Assembly: GCA_040755315.1 (NCBI GenBank)
Contig: JBFMBF010000003.1
Coordinates: 35,744-82,310, forward strand
Direction: 5' to 3'
Length of the DNA stretch: 46,567 nucleotides
Source of the DNA: Candidatus Hadarchaeota archaeon
GTDB taxonomy: Archaea > Hadarchaeota > Hadarchaeia > Hadarchaeales > Hadarchaeaceae
Shown: positions 27,420 to 37,950 of the stretch, piece by piece
Numbering within the stretch: position 1 is the first letter of the stretch
Layout of the letters: each line of letters begins with the position of its first letter
The notes under the pieces: generated by a model
What the model saw: the letters and a program-made list of their open reading frames with translations, nothing else
What the model was told of the DNA's origin: nothing
The model's database searches: none
Made by a program: the position numbers and the translations under genes

Positions 27420-28621
27420 CCCTGAACTTCACCGGACTCTATGGTTGCCGTTGCGCCTGTCCAAGCTCTGTTCTCGTACCTGTTTTCGCCGAACGTGCGG
27501 TACCAGCCGGTCCCTGTAAGTGTTGCAGTGCCTCTTCCGTGGGCGTACAGCTTGATGTTGTTGCCAGTTATGCTAACCCAGATTTCGTGTCCCCTTATTT
27601 TTGCTGAACCATAGCCAGTATATTGCACGTCGCCGTTGTCTAAGGTTGTTTTTGTGCCCGTGCCCGTCGTGCTGACGTTCGCATTGGATGAAACAATTAG
27701 AACACTGTTTTCCATCGCCGTAATCTTCACAAGCCCTGTGCCTTGGAGATATGCAGAACCGCTGCCCTGCGCCACCAATGTGCCAGAACCCGTAATCGTC
27801 ACGCTGCCGTACCTTGTCCTCATGTCAACTATGATGTTCTTGAGGTCCCTGAAGGCTTCCTTGAGGTAGCTCACCGCGGTTCTCACGTGAAGCGCGACGA
27901 TTCTGAAGATTTCTGCGAAAGTCACGTTGTCTGTGATCTCTTCTACCTTTATCTTCGCGTTCTCGATTCTCTGCTGTGCCAGTTCCAGCTTTGAGTCGAA
28001 GCTGGCAAGCCAGGTGTCAAGCTGGGTTGTGTCGATTCCGTTGTCCTTCAGCTGCTGGATCTTCGCCTCTAGCATCGCTGCGAACGCCTGCCCTCTCCAG
28101 AGAACAACTTCCGCAGCGGCGACCATCAGCCGTGCTGATATGTACTTGACTCGAACCCTGATGGATTTCCAGTAGTCCCACATCGCTCTCGCTGTGGCCT
28201 TTAACCCGGTATCCTCTGAAGTTTCGAAGCTGTAGCCCTGTATTGTGGCGATGTAATTGTCCAGCTCTGCTACGAGAGGCGCCTTTTCGTTTTCCGACAG
28301 TCCACGCGTCGCCTGAACACTCGATTTCAACTGCTCCAAGTACTTCAACATCATGTCTTTGGCCTCAGCTGCCGCAGCTCTCGCTTTGGTCTGGAGATCT
28401 GACCAGTTTGCACCGCTCCTGTCAGTGATCCACGCCGATCTCGCCCTCTGGAAGCCCGCCACCGCGCTCAACCACTCGGAACGCGCAGTGTTGAAATCTG
28501 CATTTCTGCTCAGCCACGTCGCCCGCCTGCTGGACCAGCTGACTTCCTGAGCTCCAGTAGCTGGGACCGCCACGGTCAGCATCAGCGCGACCATCGCCAG
28601 CGCCATTATTTTTGTGTTCAT
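27416..28621 (-). CDS. Secreted hypothetical protein: long helical/coiled-coil region plus Gly/Thr-rich beta-repeat C-terminus
   Basis: Signal peptide, about 240 aa amphipathic helices, repeated GxG motifs (GSGTL, GSGSA, GTGLV, GYGSA, GRGTA). Confidence 0.75.
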   Translation of the reverse strand: MNTKIMALAMVALMLTVAVPATGAQEVSWSSRRATWLSRNADFNTARSEWLSAVAGFQRARSAWITDRSGANWSDLQTKARAAAAEAKDMMLKYLEQLKSSVQATRGLSENEKAPLVAELDNYIATIQGYSFETSEDTGLKATARAMWDYWKSIRVRVKYISARLMVAAAEVVLWRGQAFAAMLEAKIQQLKDNGIDTTQLDTWLASFDSKLELAQQRIENAKIKVEEITDNVTFAEIFRIVALHVRTAVSYLKEAFRDLKNIIVDMRTRYGSVTITGSGTLVAQGSGSAYLQGTGLVKITAMENSVLIVSSNANVSTTGTGTKTTLDNGDVQYTGYGSAKIRGHEIWVSITGNNIKLYAHGRGTATLTGTGWYRTFGENRYENRAWTGATATIESGEVQG

Positions 28622-28853
28622 TTTTTTCCACCTTTTTTTGTGTTCGGGTTAAGCTCCCACCGCGGCCCCTATCGCTCGCGGGTTCATCGATTTACTGACC
28701 TACTCTCTGTCAGATGACTATTTAAGCAAACTTTCCAAAATAGGGAAAAATAAAGACATAAAATGGCTCAGATTGCTTTACGAAGCTTTATTGGCGCTCC
28801 TAAAACTTTACACTGGCGGATAAGTTTTAATATCGAAAAACCACGTAGTTCTG

Positions 28854-29582
28854 ATGTTCAGAAGGCTGGTGCTCTTCGCGCTGCTCGGTTCACTTGTCGT
28901 CAGCGCCACTCTCGGGGTTGTCACCGCTCAGGAAAATACTGCAACCGTCTATGGGACAATATACGACATCTGGACTTTCGAGCCATTGGAAAACGTGGAC
29001 ATCGAGGTATACTCCGATTCCGCCGTGGTGAGGCAAATTGTCTCGACTACTGGGACCTATTCTCTAAGTCTACAGCCGGGGAGCTACAGAATAACGGCCA
29101 AATATTACCAGCAGGCCATTTCTGTCTACGAAACCGAGGAAAACATAACCCTGCAGCCGAACGACAACGTCCTTTTGGACCTGATAATGTTCCCTGCCGA
29201 AGAAGAGTCTGAAAACTTCGCTGACATCGTGCCTGAATACGACGAGACGGCTGCCGCGCTTCCGTGGCTTGGCCTGGCGATAATTTTGATAGCAGTCGTT
29301 GCCATCGCAATAGTATTTTACAATGTGAAGATGATGAAGCTTGTCAAAAGGGAAACGTCACCTGCGCGTGGGGCAAAAGTGGTGGCAGTTCCAGATGACC
29401 TAGAAGAAGTTCTTGACATCATCAGGCAGGAGGGCGGGAGGATAAACCAGATTGAACTGAGGAAAAAAATGCCGTGCTCGGAGGCCAAAGTGAGCCTCAT
29501 GATTTCCGACCTTGAAAACAGGGGACTTATCAGGAAAGTGAAGAAAGGACGGGGAAACGTTATCATTCTGACTGAGAAGTGA
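28854..29582 (+). CDS. Membrane-anchored winged-helix regulator (COG2512-like) with extracellular carboxypeptidase-regulatory-like domain
   Basis: Signal peptide, G.YSL.LQPG.Y.I.A.Y beta-sandwich, one TM, C-terminal GGRINQ.ELR...SEAKVSL...DLE.RG wHTH. Confidence 0.8.
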   Translation: MFRRLVLFALLGSLVVSATLGVVTAQENTATVYGTIYDIWTFEPLENVDIEVYSDSAVVRQIVSTTGTYSLSLQPGSYRITAKYYQQAISVYETEENITLQPNDNVLLDLIMFPAEEESENFADIVPEYDETAAALPWLGLAIILIAVVAIAIVFYNVKMMKLVKRETSPARGAKVVAVPDDLEEVLDIIRQEGGRINQIELRKKMPCSEAKVSLMISDLENRGLIRKVKKGRGNVIILTEK

Positions 29583-30864
29583 GCTTGGTCCTGCCCAAGT
29601 AAGAGTTCACTATTTTGATGGCGCACCATTTCCCGCACATGGCGCATGTTTTTTGGTCCACTTCCGGCGGCCTCTTCCTCCTGAGCTCTGCCGCCCGCCT
29701 CGGGTCTATCGCCAGCTCAAACTGCTTCGCCCAGTCCAGCTCCTTCCGCGCCTTCGCCATCTCGTTGTCGCGCCCGATGCCCAATCCTCTAGCAACATCG
29801 GCAACGTGGGCGGCGATTTTCGATGCCACTACTCCCTCCTTAACATCATCTATCGTCGGCAAACACACGTGCTCTGAAGGTGTGACAAAGCAAAGGAAGT
29901 CTGCGCCGGCCCAGGCCGCCAGCGCCCCGCCGATGGCAGAAACAATGTGGTCGTAGCCAGGGGCGATGTCGGTGACGAGGGGGCCCAGGACATAAAATGG
30001 CGCCCCCTTGCAGACAGCCTTTTCCAGCCTGACATTTGCCTCGATTTGGTTGAGAGGCATGTGACCGGGGCCCTCCACCATCACCTGCACATCTTTCGCC
30101 CACGACCTCTCCACCAGCTCCCCGATTGTGAGCAGCTCCTGAAGCTGGGCCGCGTCTGAAGCGTCTGCCAGGCAGCCCGGCCTCATACCATCCCCAAGGC
30201 TCAACGTCAGATCGTGCTCCATGGCTATTTCGAGAAGGTAATCAAACTCGGAGTAAAGTGGGTTCTCCTCCTCGTTGTGGGTTATCCAGGCCGCGAGGAA
30301 TGCCCCTCCCCTGCTCACTACATCGAGCAGCCTCCCCGTGCGCTTTAAAGCTTCCACGGAGGATTTGGTCACCCCACAGTGGACCGTGACGAAGTCAACC
30401 CCGTCCTTGGCGTGCTTCCTGATGGCGTTGAAGATGTCGTCAGAACTCATGTCCACAACCTCGCCGCCTCGGCTGGAGTTTTCTATCGCGGCTTGGTATA
30501 TCGGGACCGTCCCGAGCGGCACTCCAATCACGCCCAAAATCTTATTCCTGATGCTGTCTAGGTCGCCACCGATGCTCAGGTCCATAACCGCATCGGCCCC
30601 GTACTTAACCGCGGCTTTGGCCTTTTCGACCTCTTCATCCACGTTCACATAGTCAGGGGATGTCCCTATGTTTGCGTTGACCTTCGTGGTGAGCCCGGCA
30701 CCTATTCCACGCAGCTTCATCTCCCGCCCTACAGCGTTTTTTGGGATTATTATGTTGCCAGCTGAGATTCCACGCATTATGAACTCGGGTGTTTTTCCCT
30801 CCTCTTTTGCGACCGCCTCCATCTCAGGGGTGACTTTTCTCCGCCTGGCATCCGCCATCAACAT
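29563..30864 (-). CDS. thiC: Phosphomethylpyrimidine synthase
   Basis: KVNANIGTS, MDLS, GTVPIYQ, VSRGG, SLGDGMRPG, EGPGH, GYDH, C-terminal CAMCGKWC. Confidence 0.93.
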   Translation of the reverse strand: MLMADARRRKVTPEMEAVAKEEGKTPEFIMRGISAGNIIIPKNAVGREMKLRGIGAGLTTKVNANIGTSPDYVNVDEEVEKAKAAVKYGADAVMDLSIGGDLDSIRNKILGVIGVPLGTVPIYQAAIENSSRGGEVVDMSSDDIFNAIRKHAKDGVDFVTVHCGVTKSSVEALKRTGRLLDVVSRGGAFLAAWITHNEEENPLYSEFDYLLEIAMEHDLTLSLGDGMRPGCLADASDAAQLQELLTIGELVERSWAKDVQVMVEGPGHMPLNQIEANVRLEKAVCKGAPFYVLGPLVTDIAPGYDHIVSAIGGALAAWAGADFLCFVTPSEHVCLPTIDDVKEGVVASKIAAHVADVARGLGIGRDNEMAKARKELDWAKQFELAIDPRRAAELRRKRPPEVDQKTCAMCGKWCAIKIVNSYLGRTKLTSQSE

Positions 30865-30956
30865 CTAATCAAAGAAGATTTCTCCGAAGGCTGAAAAGGC
30901 TTGTCCCCATTAAGCCAAAGTTTAAAACGGGCGGCAGGCCCATCATTTAAAGGTGA

Positions 30957-32031
<1,075 letters not shown>

Positions 32032-32045
32032 TTCAACCGCCCAAG

Positions 32046-34049
32046 TTATGCTATAACTTCATTGATTGCGCTTAAATCATTTAGGTTGTTCATCTTCACC
32101 ATGCTGTCCGAAATCGTGTATAGCACGTTTCCGATGTATAACGACCTTTTGACTGAACGGCTTGGATCGTAACGCCAGTATGGTGAATACTTAATCTGAA
32201 TAATTTGATTATTGGTGGTAACATCTTCTTGATGGCTCACAGTTCCCTTCAGCACGATACCATTTTCTGCTGAAATGTGAAACACATATGCGTCCTGGCG
32301 CCGGTAGCTTCCAATTGGCATCACGAGGAGGTTCTTCGCCCTGCTGAAAAGGAAAGCCTTGTGATCTTGCAGCGCGTAGGAGTCGTTTCCCCATCCACCA
32401 ACTTCATATTTGGATATTTCCTCTGGGTTTTCTGGATTGCTCACATCGAAGAGGGCTATTTTTACTTCTCCCCACTCACCCCTGCCCACGCCGATTATAT
32501 GGGTCGAGTCGTATGGGTGGAGGTAGTCGGAGTAGCCGGGTATTTTTAACTCACCCAGAACTCTGGGGGCGGCCGGGTTGCTCAAGTCCAGCACAAAGAG
32601 CGGGTCGGTTCTCCTGAAGGTTACCAGATAAGCCCTGTCCCCCATAAATCTCGCCGAGTAAATCCGCTCGGTGGGAGCGAGGTTCTCCAACTTCCCGACT
32701 ATTTCGAGGTCCCCGTTCAAAACATAAATGTGGTTTCGAGCACTATCATCCCATTCATATCCTGTTGTCGTGGCTATCCGGAAATATCCTCGGTATTCGT
32801 CCATCGAGAACTGGTTCAGAACTCGGCCAGGAACTTCTGCTTCCCCTCGGTACATTATTTTTCCACTCGCCATTGGGATTTTGTGGACTGCTGTCTTCTC
32901 CAGACCGTCTTCCCAGATTGTGTATGTTGCATAGATGTTGCTTGTTGAAACATACATGTTGTTGGCTTGAGTTGTGAGGATGACTTTTTCTTCTGACATT
33001 TTCGCATTTTTCACATCCACTGCCACGATGATTGCAAAAGTGTTGTATTGTGGGACATCATCAAAATAATAAATTTCTGTTGCGGCCACGCTTTTCACTG
33101 TTTTTGATGACGAAATCGCCGGAAGGATTACCACGTCGTTCTCATCGAGCATCGCTGGCATGTTTGTCACCACATAAATGTAACCTCCAATCATCCTCGA
33201 ATCAAAGTAGGTGCCGCTCAGTTCTATTTTCTCAATCAAAACTGGGTTCTCCCTGTCCGAGATGTTGTAAATTCGGATTATTGTTTGCTGTCGGTACCAT
33301 CCCCACCTCGGCGGAATCACTACGGCCACCGCCTCGCGAGAATTCATGACCCCAATGTTGTAGCTATTCCAAGATTCTTCAAACACCACAAGCTTGTCGC
33401 CGTTCACAAAAATCTCTATTGGACTTCCATCGAGTTCAATCCTAGACAGGACCCTCGCCTGTTCTGGTGGGTAGGCTAAGAGGATGACAACGGTGTTTCC
33501 GGATATAATGTAAATATATCTCCCATCTGTCTTCACGATGTCGGCTTCGTCAACTCCTTCCACTTGAATGTTAGTCGTTGAATGATCTGTAAAAATACTA
33601 ACTGTGTCGTCGCTTATCCTGAACTGGAAACCTGTACTGCCACTTTCTATGATGTTGGCGGTGGGAACGACTAGCTCTGCCAAAGCGTCTTGAACGGGAG
33701 TTGGGCGGTAAATAGGGTAGACGCCATTATTTGTTGTGATAAAATTCTCTAACTCCGCATAAGACGAAAACTTCATCAAAAGCTCCCACCCATCGCTGCG
33801 AGTTTCATTCGCCACAACCAAGTTCCTGTTGGCTGCGAGTGGGATGGCTGATGGGACTGCAATGGCGGCAACCATGGCCGCACATACTAACCATTTTCCA
33901 TTCACTTTTCGTCCTTCGACCAGATACCACGCGGCGGTTGGCAAAATTACCGCCACTAAAATTCCAATCGATTCCGCCCCGGAAGATACCACGGCAAAGC
34001 TTATGCAGATGGTTAGCGCGAAAGCGGCTGGCATCATCCATTCCTTCAT
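32046..34049 (-). CDS. Secreted/membrane beta-propeller domain protein (COG4880-like)
   Basis: STTNIQVEGVDEADIVKTDG, LNQFSMDEY, ERIYSARF, TDPLFVLDL, GELKIPGYS.YLHP. Confidence 0.9.
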   Translation of the reverse strand: MKEWMMPAAFALTICISFAVVSSGAESIGILVAVILPTAAWYLVEGRKVNGKWLVCAAMVAAIAVPSAIPLAANRNLVVANETRSDGWELLMKFSSYAELENFITTNNGVYPIYRPTPVQDALAELVVPTANIIESGSTGFQFRISDDTVSIFTDHSTTNIQVEGVDEADIVKTDGRYIYIISGNTVVILLAYPPEQARVLSRIELDGSPIEIFVNGDKLVVFEESWNSYNIGVMNSREAVAVVIPPRWGWYRQQTIIRIYNISDRENPVLIEKIELSGTYFDSRMIGGYIYVVTNMPAMLDENDVVILPAISSSKTVKSVAATEIYYFDDVPQYNTFAIIVAVDVKNAKMSEEKVILTTQANNMYVSTSNIYATYTIWEDGLEKTAVHKIPMASGKIMYRGEAEVPGRVLNQFSMDEYRGYFRIATTTGYEWDDSARNHIYVLNGDLEIVGKLENLAPTERIYSARFMGDRAYLVTFRRTDPLFVLDLSNPAAPRVLGELKIPGYSDYLHPYDSTHIIGVGRGEWGEVKIALFDVSNPENPEEISKYEVGGWGNDSYALQDHKAFLFSRAKNLLVMPIGSYRRQDAYVFHISAENGIVLKGTVSHQEDVTTNNQIIQIKYSPYWRYDPSRSVKRSLYIGNVLYTISDSMVKMNNLNDLSAINEVIA

Positions 34050-34052
34050 TTT

Positions 34053-34113
34053 GTTTCACCAAGTAAACTTATGGGTAGGTTCATGGATTTAAATTAAGTT
34101 TCAATAAAGAAAC
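34053..34113. promoter_or_regulatory. Two copies of GTTTC-N6-(G/T)AAAC in the divergent promoter
   Basis: GTTTC-accaag-TAAAC at 34053-34068 and GTTTC-aataaa-GAAAC at 34098-34113. Confidence 0.5.
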
Positions 34114-34133
34114 ATAATTTTTAAGTATCGTAA

Positions 34134-34979
34134 ATGATACTTTGTACGGTGATGAAGATGCGCCGTTTAATCCTTGGCGTCGCGATAGCACTAATTGCGT
34201 TTTCGGCTACGACGGCTACAGCAAACGCAGTATTTGGCAAGTTTTATGGGCCGTCCACCATCGTCACCTCAACACAAACCATCACTATTGAAAATTCAGG
34301 GCAACGGGCAATCGTTGATAATGTTGAATACACAGTGACAGCTGCGGATTTTTTTCAAACGGTGGATAATGAAAACTTTTATCGACTGAAATTGACGTCG
34401 CCAACAATCATGGGAGGTAGTTTGAATATGCCGCCTGCGGCCCCAGCGTACGAATCAAGTTATGATGAAATACAAACTTTAAATGTCCCATCCAGCGCCT
34501 TCAACGAAGCACAAACGACCGGTACACCCGTCACCATTGTTAATACAACCACCACTGAAAGAACGACAATCGACGTTTTGCCAGTTGCGGCAAGCATAGG
34601 CATCGCCGTGGGGGTTGCGGCTTTGGCCGTCTGGATCGGTTACCGTCAAGCTTGGGGTGATGCAACTTCAACGCTGCTCGAACAAGGGCTCCACGACATG
34701 ACCGTCAGAGACGTCGAAATAGTCGGTTACATAATGCAGAGGGGAGAATTCACTATACCAGAACTCATGAAGCTTACTGACGCAACGAAAATAACCGTTT
34801 GGCGCACGGTCCAGAAACTTGTGGATCAAGGATTGGTCGTACAAACGGAACAGACCAAGCCTGCGGCCAATGGATTGGGCGGCAGAGGAAAACCAAGCCA
34901 AATCTACAAGTATGTCGGAGAAAAAAACAAGCCCTCAACAAGTTCCGGAACGAGTTCAGAACCTAAACAAGTGCCTTGA
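34134..34979 (+). CDS. Membrane-anchored winged-helix regulator with extracellular N-terminal domain
   Basis: Signal peptide, Thr-rich ectodomain, one TM, C-terminal wHTH (FTIPELMK...TVWRTVQKLVDQGLV...GRGKP..IY). Confidence 0.75.
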   Translation: MILCTVMKMRRLILGVAIALIAFSATTATANAVFGKFYGPSTIVTSTQTITIENSGQRAIVDNVEYTVTAADFFQTVDNENFYRLKLTSPTIMGGSLNMPPAAPAYESSYDEIQTLNVPSSAFNEAQTTGTPVTIVNTTTTERTTIDVLPVAASIGIAVGVAALAVWIGYRQAWGDATSTLLEQGLHDMTVRDVEIVGYIMQRGEFTIPELMKLTDATKITVWRTVQKLVDQGLVVQTEQTKPAANGLGGRGKPSQIYKYVGEKNKPSTSSGTSSEPKQVP

Positions 34980-35264
34980 CAGGCGCACCTTTCGCTTATT
35001 AATCTCCACCGCCTCGCTTGAAAGTAGCTCAATCTTGCGCTTGACACCCAACTTGTAACCTCCAACCCCGCCGTCTGACCTCACGACCCGGTGGCAGGGG
35101 ATTTTGACTGGATGTGGATTCCCCGCCAAAACATTCGCCACGGCTCTCCACGCCCTAGGTCTTCCTACAGCTCTGGCCAGCTCCTTGTATGTTGTCACCT
35201 TCCCACGCGGAACTTTGACCACGGCTTCAAGCACCCGCTCCTGAAACGCAGACATCACAACCAT
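34956..35264 (-). CDS. ogt: Methylated-DNA--protein-cysteine methyltransferase (C-terminal domain only)
   Basis: GKVTTY, RAVANVLAGNP, PCHRVV active site. Confidence 0.9.
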   Translation of the reverse strand: MVVMSAFQERVLEAVVKVPRGKVTTYKELARAVGRPRAWRAVANVLAGNPHPVKIPCHRVVRSDGGVGGYKLGVKRKIELLSSEAVEINKRKVRLSRHLFRF

Positions 35265-35291
35265 ATTTACTTCCGTTCTTAATTCTGTTAG

Positions 35292-36365
35292 ATGATCGAA
35301 GTCGACGGGTCAACAGGCGAAGGCGGTGGAGCCATTTTAAGAACAGCCGTGGCTTTGAGTGCTGTAAGCAAGGAGCCATTGCACATCTACAACATCCGTG
35401 CAAGGAGGGACAAACCTGGGCTCCAGCCGCAGCACTTGAAGGCGGTCGAAGCGCTCGCAAAGCTCACCGGCGCTGAAGTGGAGGGCCTGCGGCTGAACTC
35501 CACAGATATCGCGTTCAAGCCCGGCCTTCTGGATGGCGGCGTGTACAATATAGACATCGGGACTGCCGGCAGCACTACCCTCATCTTGCAGGCGCTGATG
35601 CCCGCAGCGGCTTTTGCCCGAAAACCAGTTGAAGTTGAAATCAAGGGGGGGACCGACAACCCTTTCGCGCCACCGGTGGACTTTCTGAAAAACGTCACAC
35701 TGCCTGTGCTCCGCAAGATGAGCTATCAGGGCGACGTGGAGTGCCTGCAGAGAGGCCACTACCCGAAGGGCGGCGGGGTGGTGCGTGCAAAAATAGGCCC
35801 TGTGGAAAAGCTGCTGCCGCTGAACCTGACAAACCCCTGCAAAGTCACCAAGGTTTCCGGCCTGGCCCACGCGGTGCGGCTCCCAGACAAAATCGCTACC
35901 AAGATGGCGCACGCCGCGAGCTCTGCTTTAATCCATGCAGGCTGCTCGGATGTCAAAATCAAGACAGAGACCTACGCGCCGTCCCAAGACCCACACCTCG
36001 GCCCCGGCACGGGAATAACCCTGTGGGCGGAGACTGAAAACGGGGCGGTGCTCGGCGCAAGCTCCTTGGGGAAGCGGGGAAAACCTGCAGAGCAGGTGGG
36101 AAAAGAAGCTGCCGAAAGTCTGGCCAAGCAACTCAAGACGGGGGCGGCCGTCGACAAGCACCTCACGGACCAGCTCATCCCCTACCTCGCGCTGGCCGAA
36201 GGCGTTTCAGAAATAACGAGCTCGGAGTTGACCATGCACACCCTCACGAACGTCTCCCTCGTCGAGCAGATACTTGGAGTAAAATTCGAAGTAAATGGAA
36301 AGCAGAGAGAACCCGGACGCATTAGAGTCCGAGGCATAGGTTTCTCAAGAGGTCCAGAACATTAA
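35292..36365 (+). CDS. rtcA: RNA 3'-terminal phosphate cyclase
   Basis: DGSTGEGGG, PGLQPQH, TAGS, GGTD, RGHYPKGGG, DQL, HTLTN. Confidence 0.95.
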   Translation: MIEVDGSTGEGGGAILRTAVALSAVSKEPLHIYNIRARRDKPGLQPQHLKAVEALAKLTGAEVEGLRLNSTDIAFKPGLLDGGVYNIDIGTAGSTTLILQALMPAAAFARKPVEVEIKGGTDNPFAPPVDFLKNVTLPVLRKMSYQGDVECLQRGHYPKGGGVVRAKIGPVEKLLPLNLTNPCKVTKVSGLAHAVRLPDKIATKMAHAASSALIHAGCSDVKIKTETYAPSQDPHLGPGTGITLWAETENGAVLGASSLGKRGKPAEQVGKEAAESLAKQLKTGAAVDKHLTDQLIPYLALAEGVSEITSSELTMHTLTNVSLVEQILGVKFEVNGKQREPGRIRVRGIGFSRGPEH

Positions 36366-37256
36366 TCGGGTCAGCATCAGCACTGAAAACAGCACCAGCA
36401 TAAGAAGAGAAAACTGCGAATACCTCCTCTTGCCCCTGAAAGCCAGTTTCAGGTCATCCCTCACGTATGAAATATCTCGAAGCATCCGTCCGAAACCATA
36501 GTGCATCAATGCGACGTAAAACAGGCCAACAACAATCAGAAAACCCAGCCCCAAAAGAGGGTTGCCGTAAAACATGGCGCTGGCCGTGGGAGAAATGTAA
36601 GATTCTATTGGGGCCGCCAGGAAGACCAAAAAAATACCTACTATTGCCAAGACTGCAAAGTCTGTCAGCTGGAGCTTGATAGCTTCGCGGTGTTTCTTGA
36701 CTTCGCGCCTTTCCCAGCTTGAGGGTCTGAAGGAGACGCTCCAGCGGAAGAGTTCTCCCTTTTTCCTTGCCATGCTAAGAATGCGTCCGGCGCCCTTCCA
36801 CAAATTCCAAGCCAAGCGCAGGGAAGCCGCGATCACCAGATATGCCCCAGTCAACTCGAGCAGGCCATGGACAAAAACTGAGCTTGAAAAAGCAAGCATG
36901 GCGTTTCCGCCCAAGCTGTGATACCAATATGCGAGAGAGAGGCCGAGGTTGTAGTTGGCAATGAGCCCCGAGTTGAACCCTAGATTTGCCGGCGCCGCAA
37001 TCACGTACACTCCCACCACCCCTAGGTTGTTTTTCCAGTAGAAGACAGTCCTCGTCCACTTGTCTAACGCCGTGACGTTCTCGACCGCGTTCTCGTAATA
37101 GCTGGCGCCGGGTCTCTGAAGAAAATCAGATGGAGTAAAAGCGAGAGTGTTGTAGACCAAGCTGAATAACATCACTGCAAAAAACACTATTATGACAAAG
37201 CTGAACGCCGAAGAGTTACGCTCGAAAGCGCCCGCCAGAACTTTTCTCGCTTTCAC
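36345..37256 (-). CDS. SpoIIM/DUF95-family membrane protein
   Basis: KNN, HGLLEL and AAPIESYISP motifs. Confidence 0.8.
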   Translation of the reverse strand: MKARKVLAGAFERNSSAFSFVIIVFFAVMLFSLVYNTLAFTPSDFLQRPGASYYENAVENVTALDKWTRTVFYWKNNLGVVGVYVIAAPANLGFNSGLIANYNLGLSLAYWYHSLGGNAMLAFSSSVFVHGLLELTGAYLVIAASLRLAWNLWKGAGRILSMARKKGELFRWSVSFRPSSWERREVKKHREAIKLQLTDFAVLAIVGIFLVFLAAPIESYISPTASAMFYGNPLLGLGFLIVVGLFYVALMHYGFGRMLRDISYVRDDLKLAFRGKRRYSQFSLLMLVLFSVLMLTRLMFWTS

Positions 37257-37264
37257 TGCCGAAC

Positions 37265-37657
37265 CTACCGGTAAACTTCTTCAGGCCTGAATTTTTTCTT
37301 TAGCTCTCCAACCAGCTTCCCCCGTCCTACCTTTCTGTGAAAACACGACCGGTAGCCAGCATGACAGGCGGCCCCGACCTGCTCCATGTCAAAGAGGAGG
37401 GCGTCGCCGTCGCAGTCCACCCTCACCGACTTCACTTTCTGGATGTGGCCGGATCTCTCACCTTTTTTCCAGAGCTTCTTCCTCGAGCGGCTCCAATAGT
37501 GCATCAAGCCTGTGGTGAGTGTCTTTAGGACGGCTTCCCGGTCCTGGAAGGCCACCATCAGCACATCCTTTTTCTTGTAGTCGCGGGCCACGGCTGTGAC
37601 GAGACCATTCTTAAACTCAAGCGACTTCAGGATGGATCTGGCTTGGGCAACCGTCAT
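37265..37657 (-). CDS. hisI: Phosphoribosyl-AMP cyclohydrolase
   Basis: YWSRSR..LW.KGE.SG, DCDGD, ACH.G..SCF. Confidence 0.95.
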   Translation of the reverse strand: MTVAQARSILKSLEFKNGLVTAVARDYKKKDVLMVAFQDREAVLKTLTTGLMHYWSRSRKKLWKKGERSGHIQKVKSVRVDCDGDALLFDMEQVGAACHAGYRSCFHRKVGRGKLVGELKKKFRPEEVYR

Positions 37658-37667
37658 TTTCAACCAA

Positions 37668-37946
37668 TCACCTTCTCCTCCGCCTGAGTTCCTCCACAAC
37701 CTCATCAAACTTCACATCCTTCTCGGAAAGCAGCACCATCGAGTGGAAAATCAGGTCTGCCGCCTCATGTACAATCTCCTTCTTGCCCTGCTTCTCCGCG
37801 GCTTCCACGAGTTCCTGAGCCTCCTCCATCACCTTGTCCTTGGCCTTTCCGCTGGCGAGCAACTTCGAAGTGTAAGACTCCTTCTTCGGCCTCTTCTTCC
37901 TGTCCTCAATCACGGCGAACAACTCGTCAAGTACCTCTGTTCCCAT
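37668..37946 (-). CDS. hisE: Phosphoribosyl-ATP diphosphatase
   Basis: SYT..L, KV.EEA.E, EAADLIFH. Confidence 0.95.
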   Translation of the reverse strand: MGTEVLDELFAVIEDRKKRPKKESYTSKLLASGKAKDKVMEEAQELVEAAEKQGKKEIVHEAADLIFHSMVLLSEKDVKFDEVVEELRRRRR

Positions 37947-37950
37947 GCTT

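Noticed and set aside
36345..37256. Sporulation function
   Set aside because: SpoIIM/DUF95 is a widespread membrane family in non-sporulating archaea
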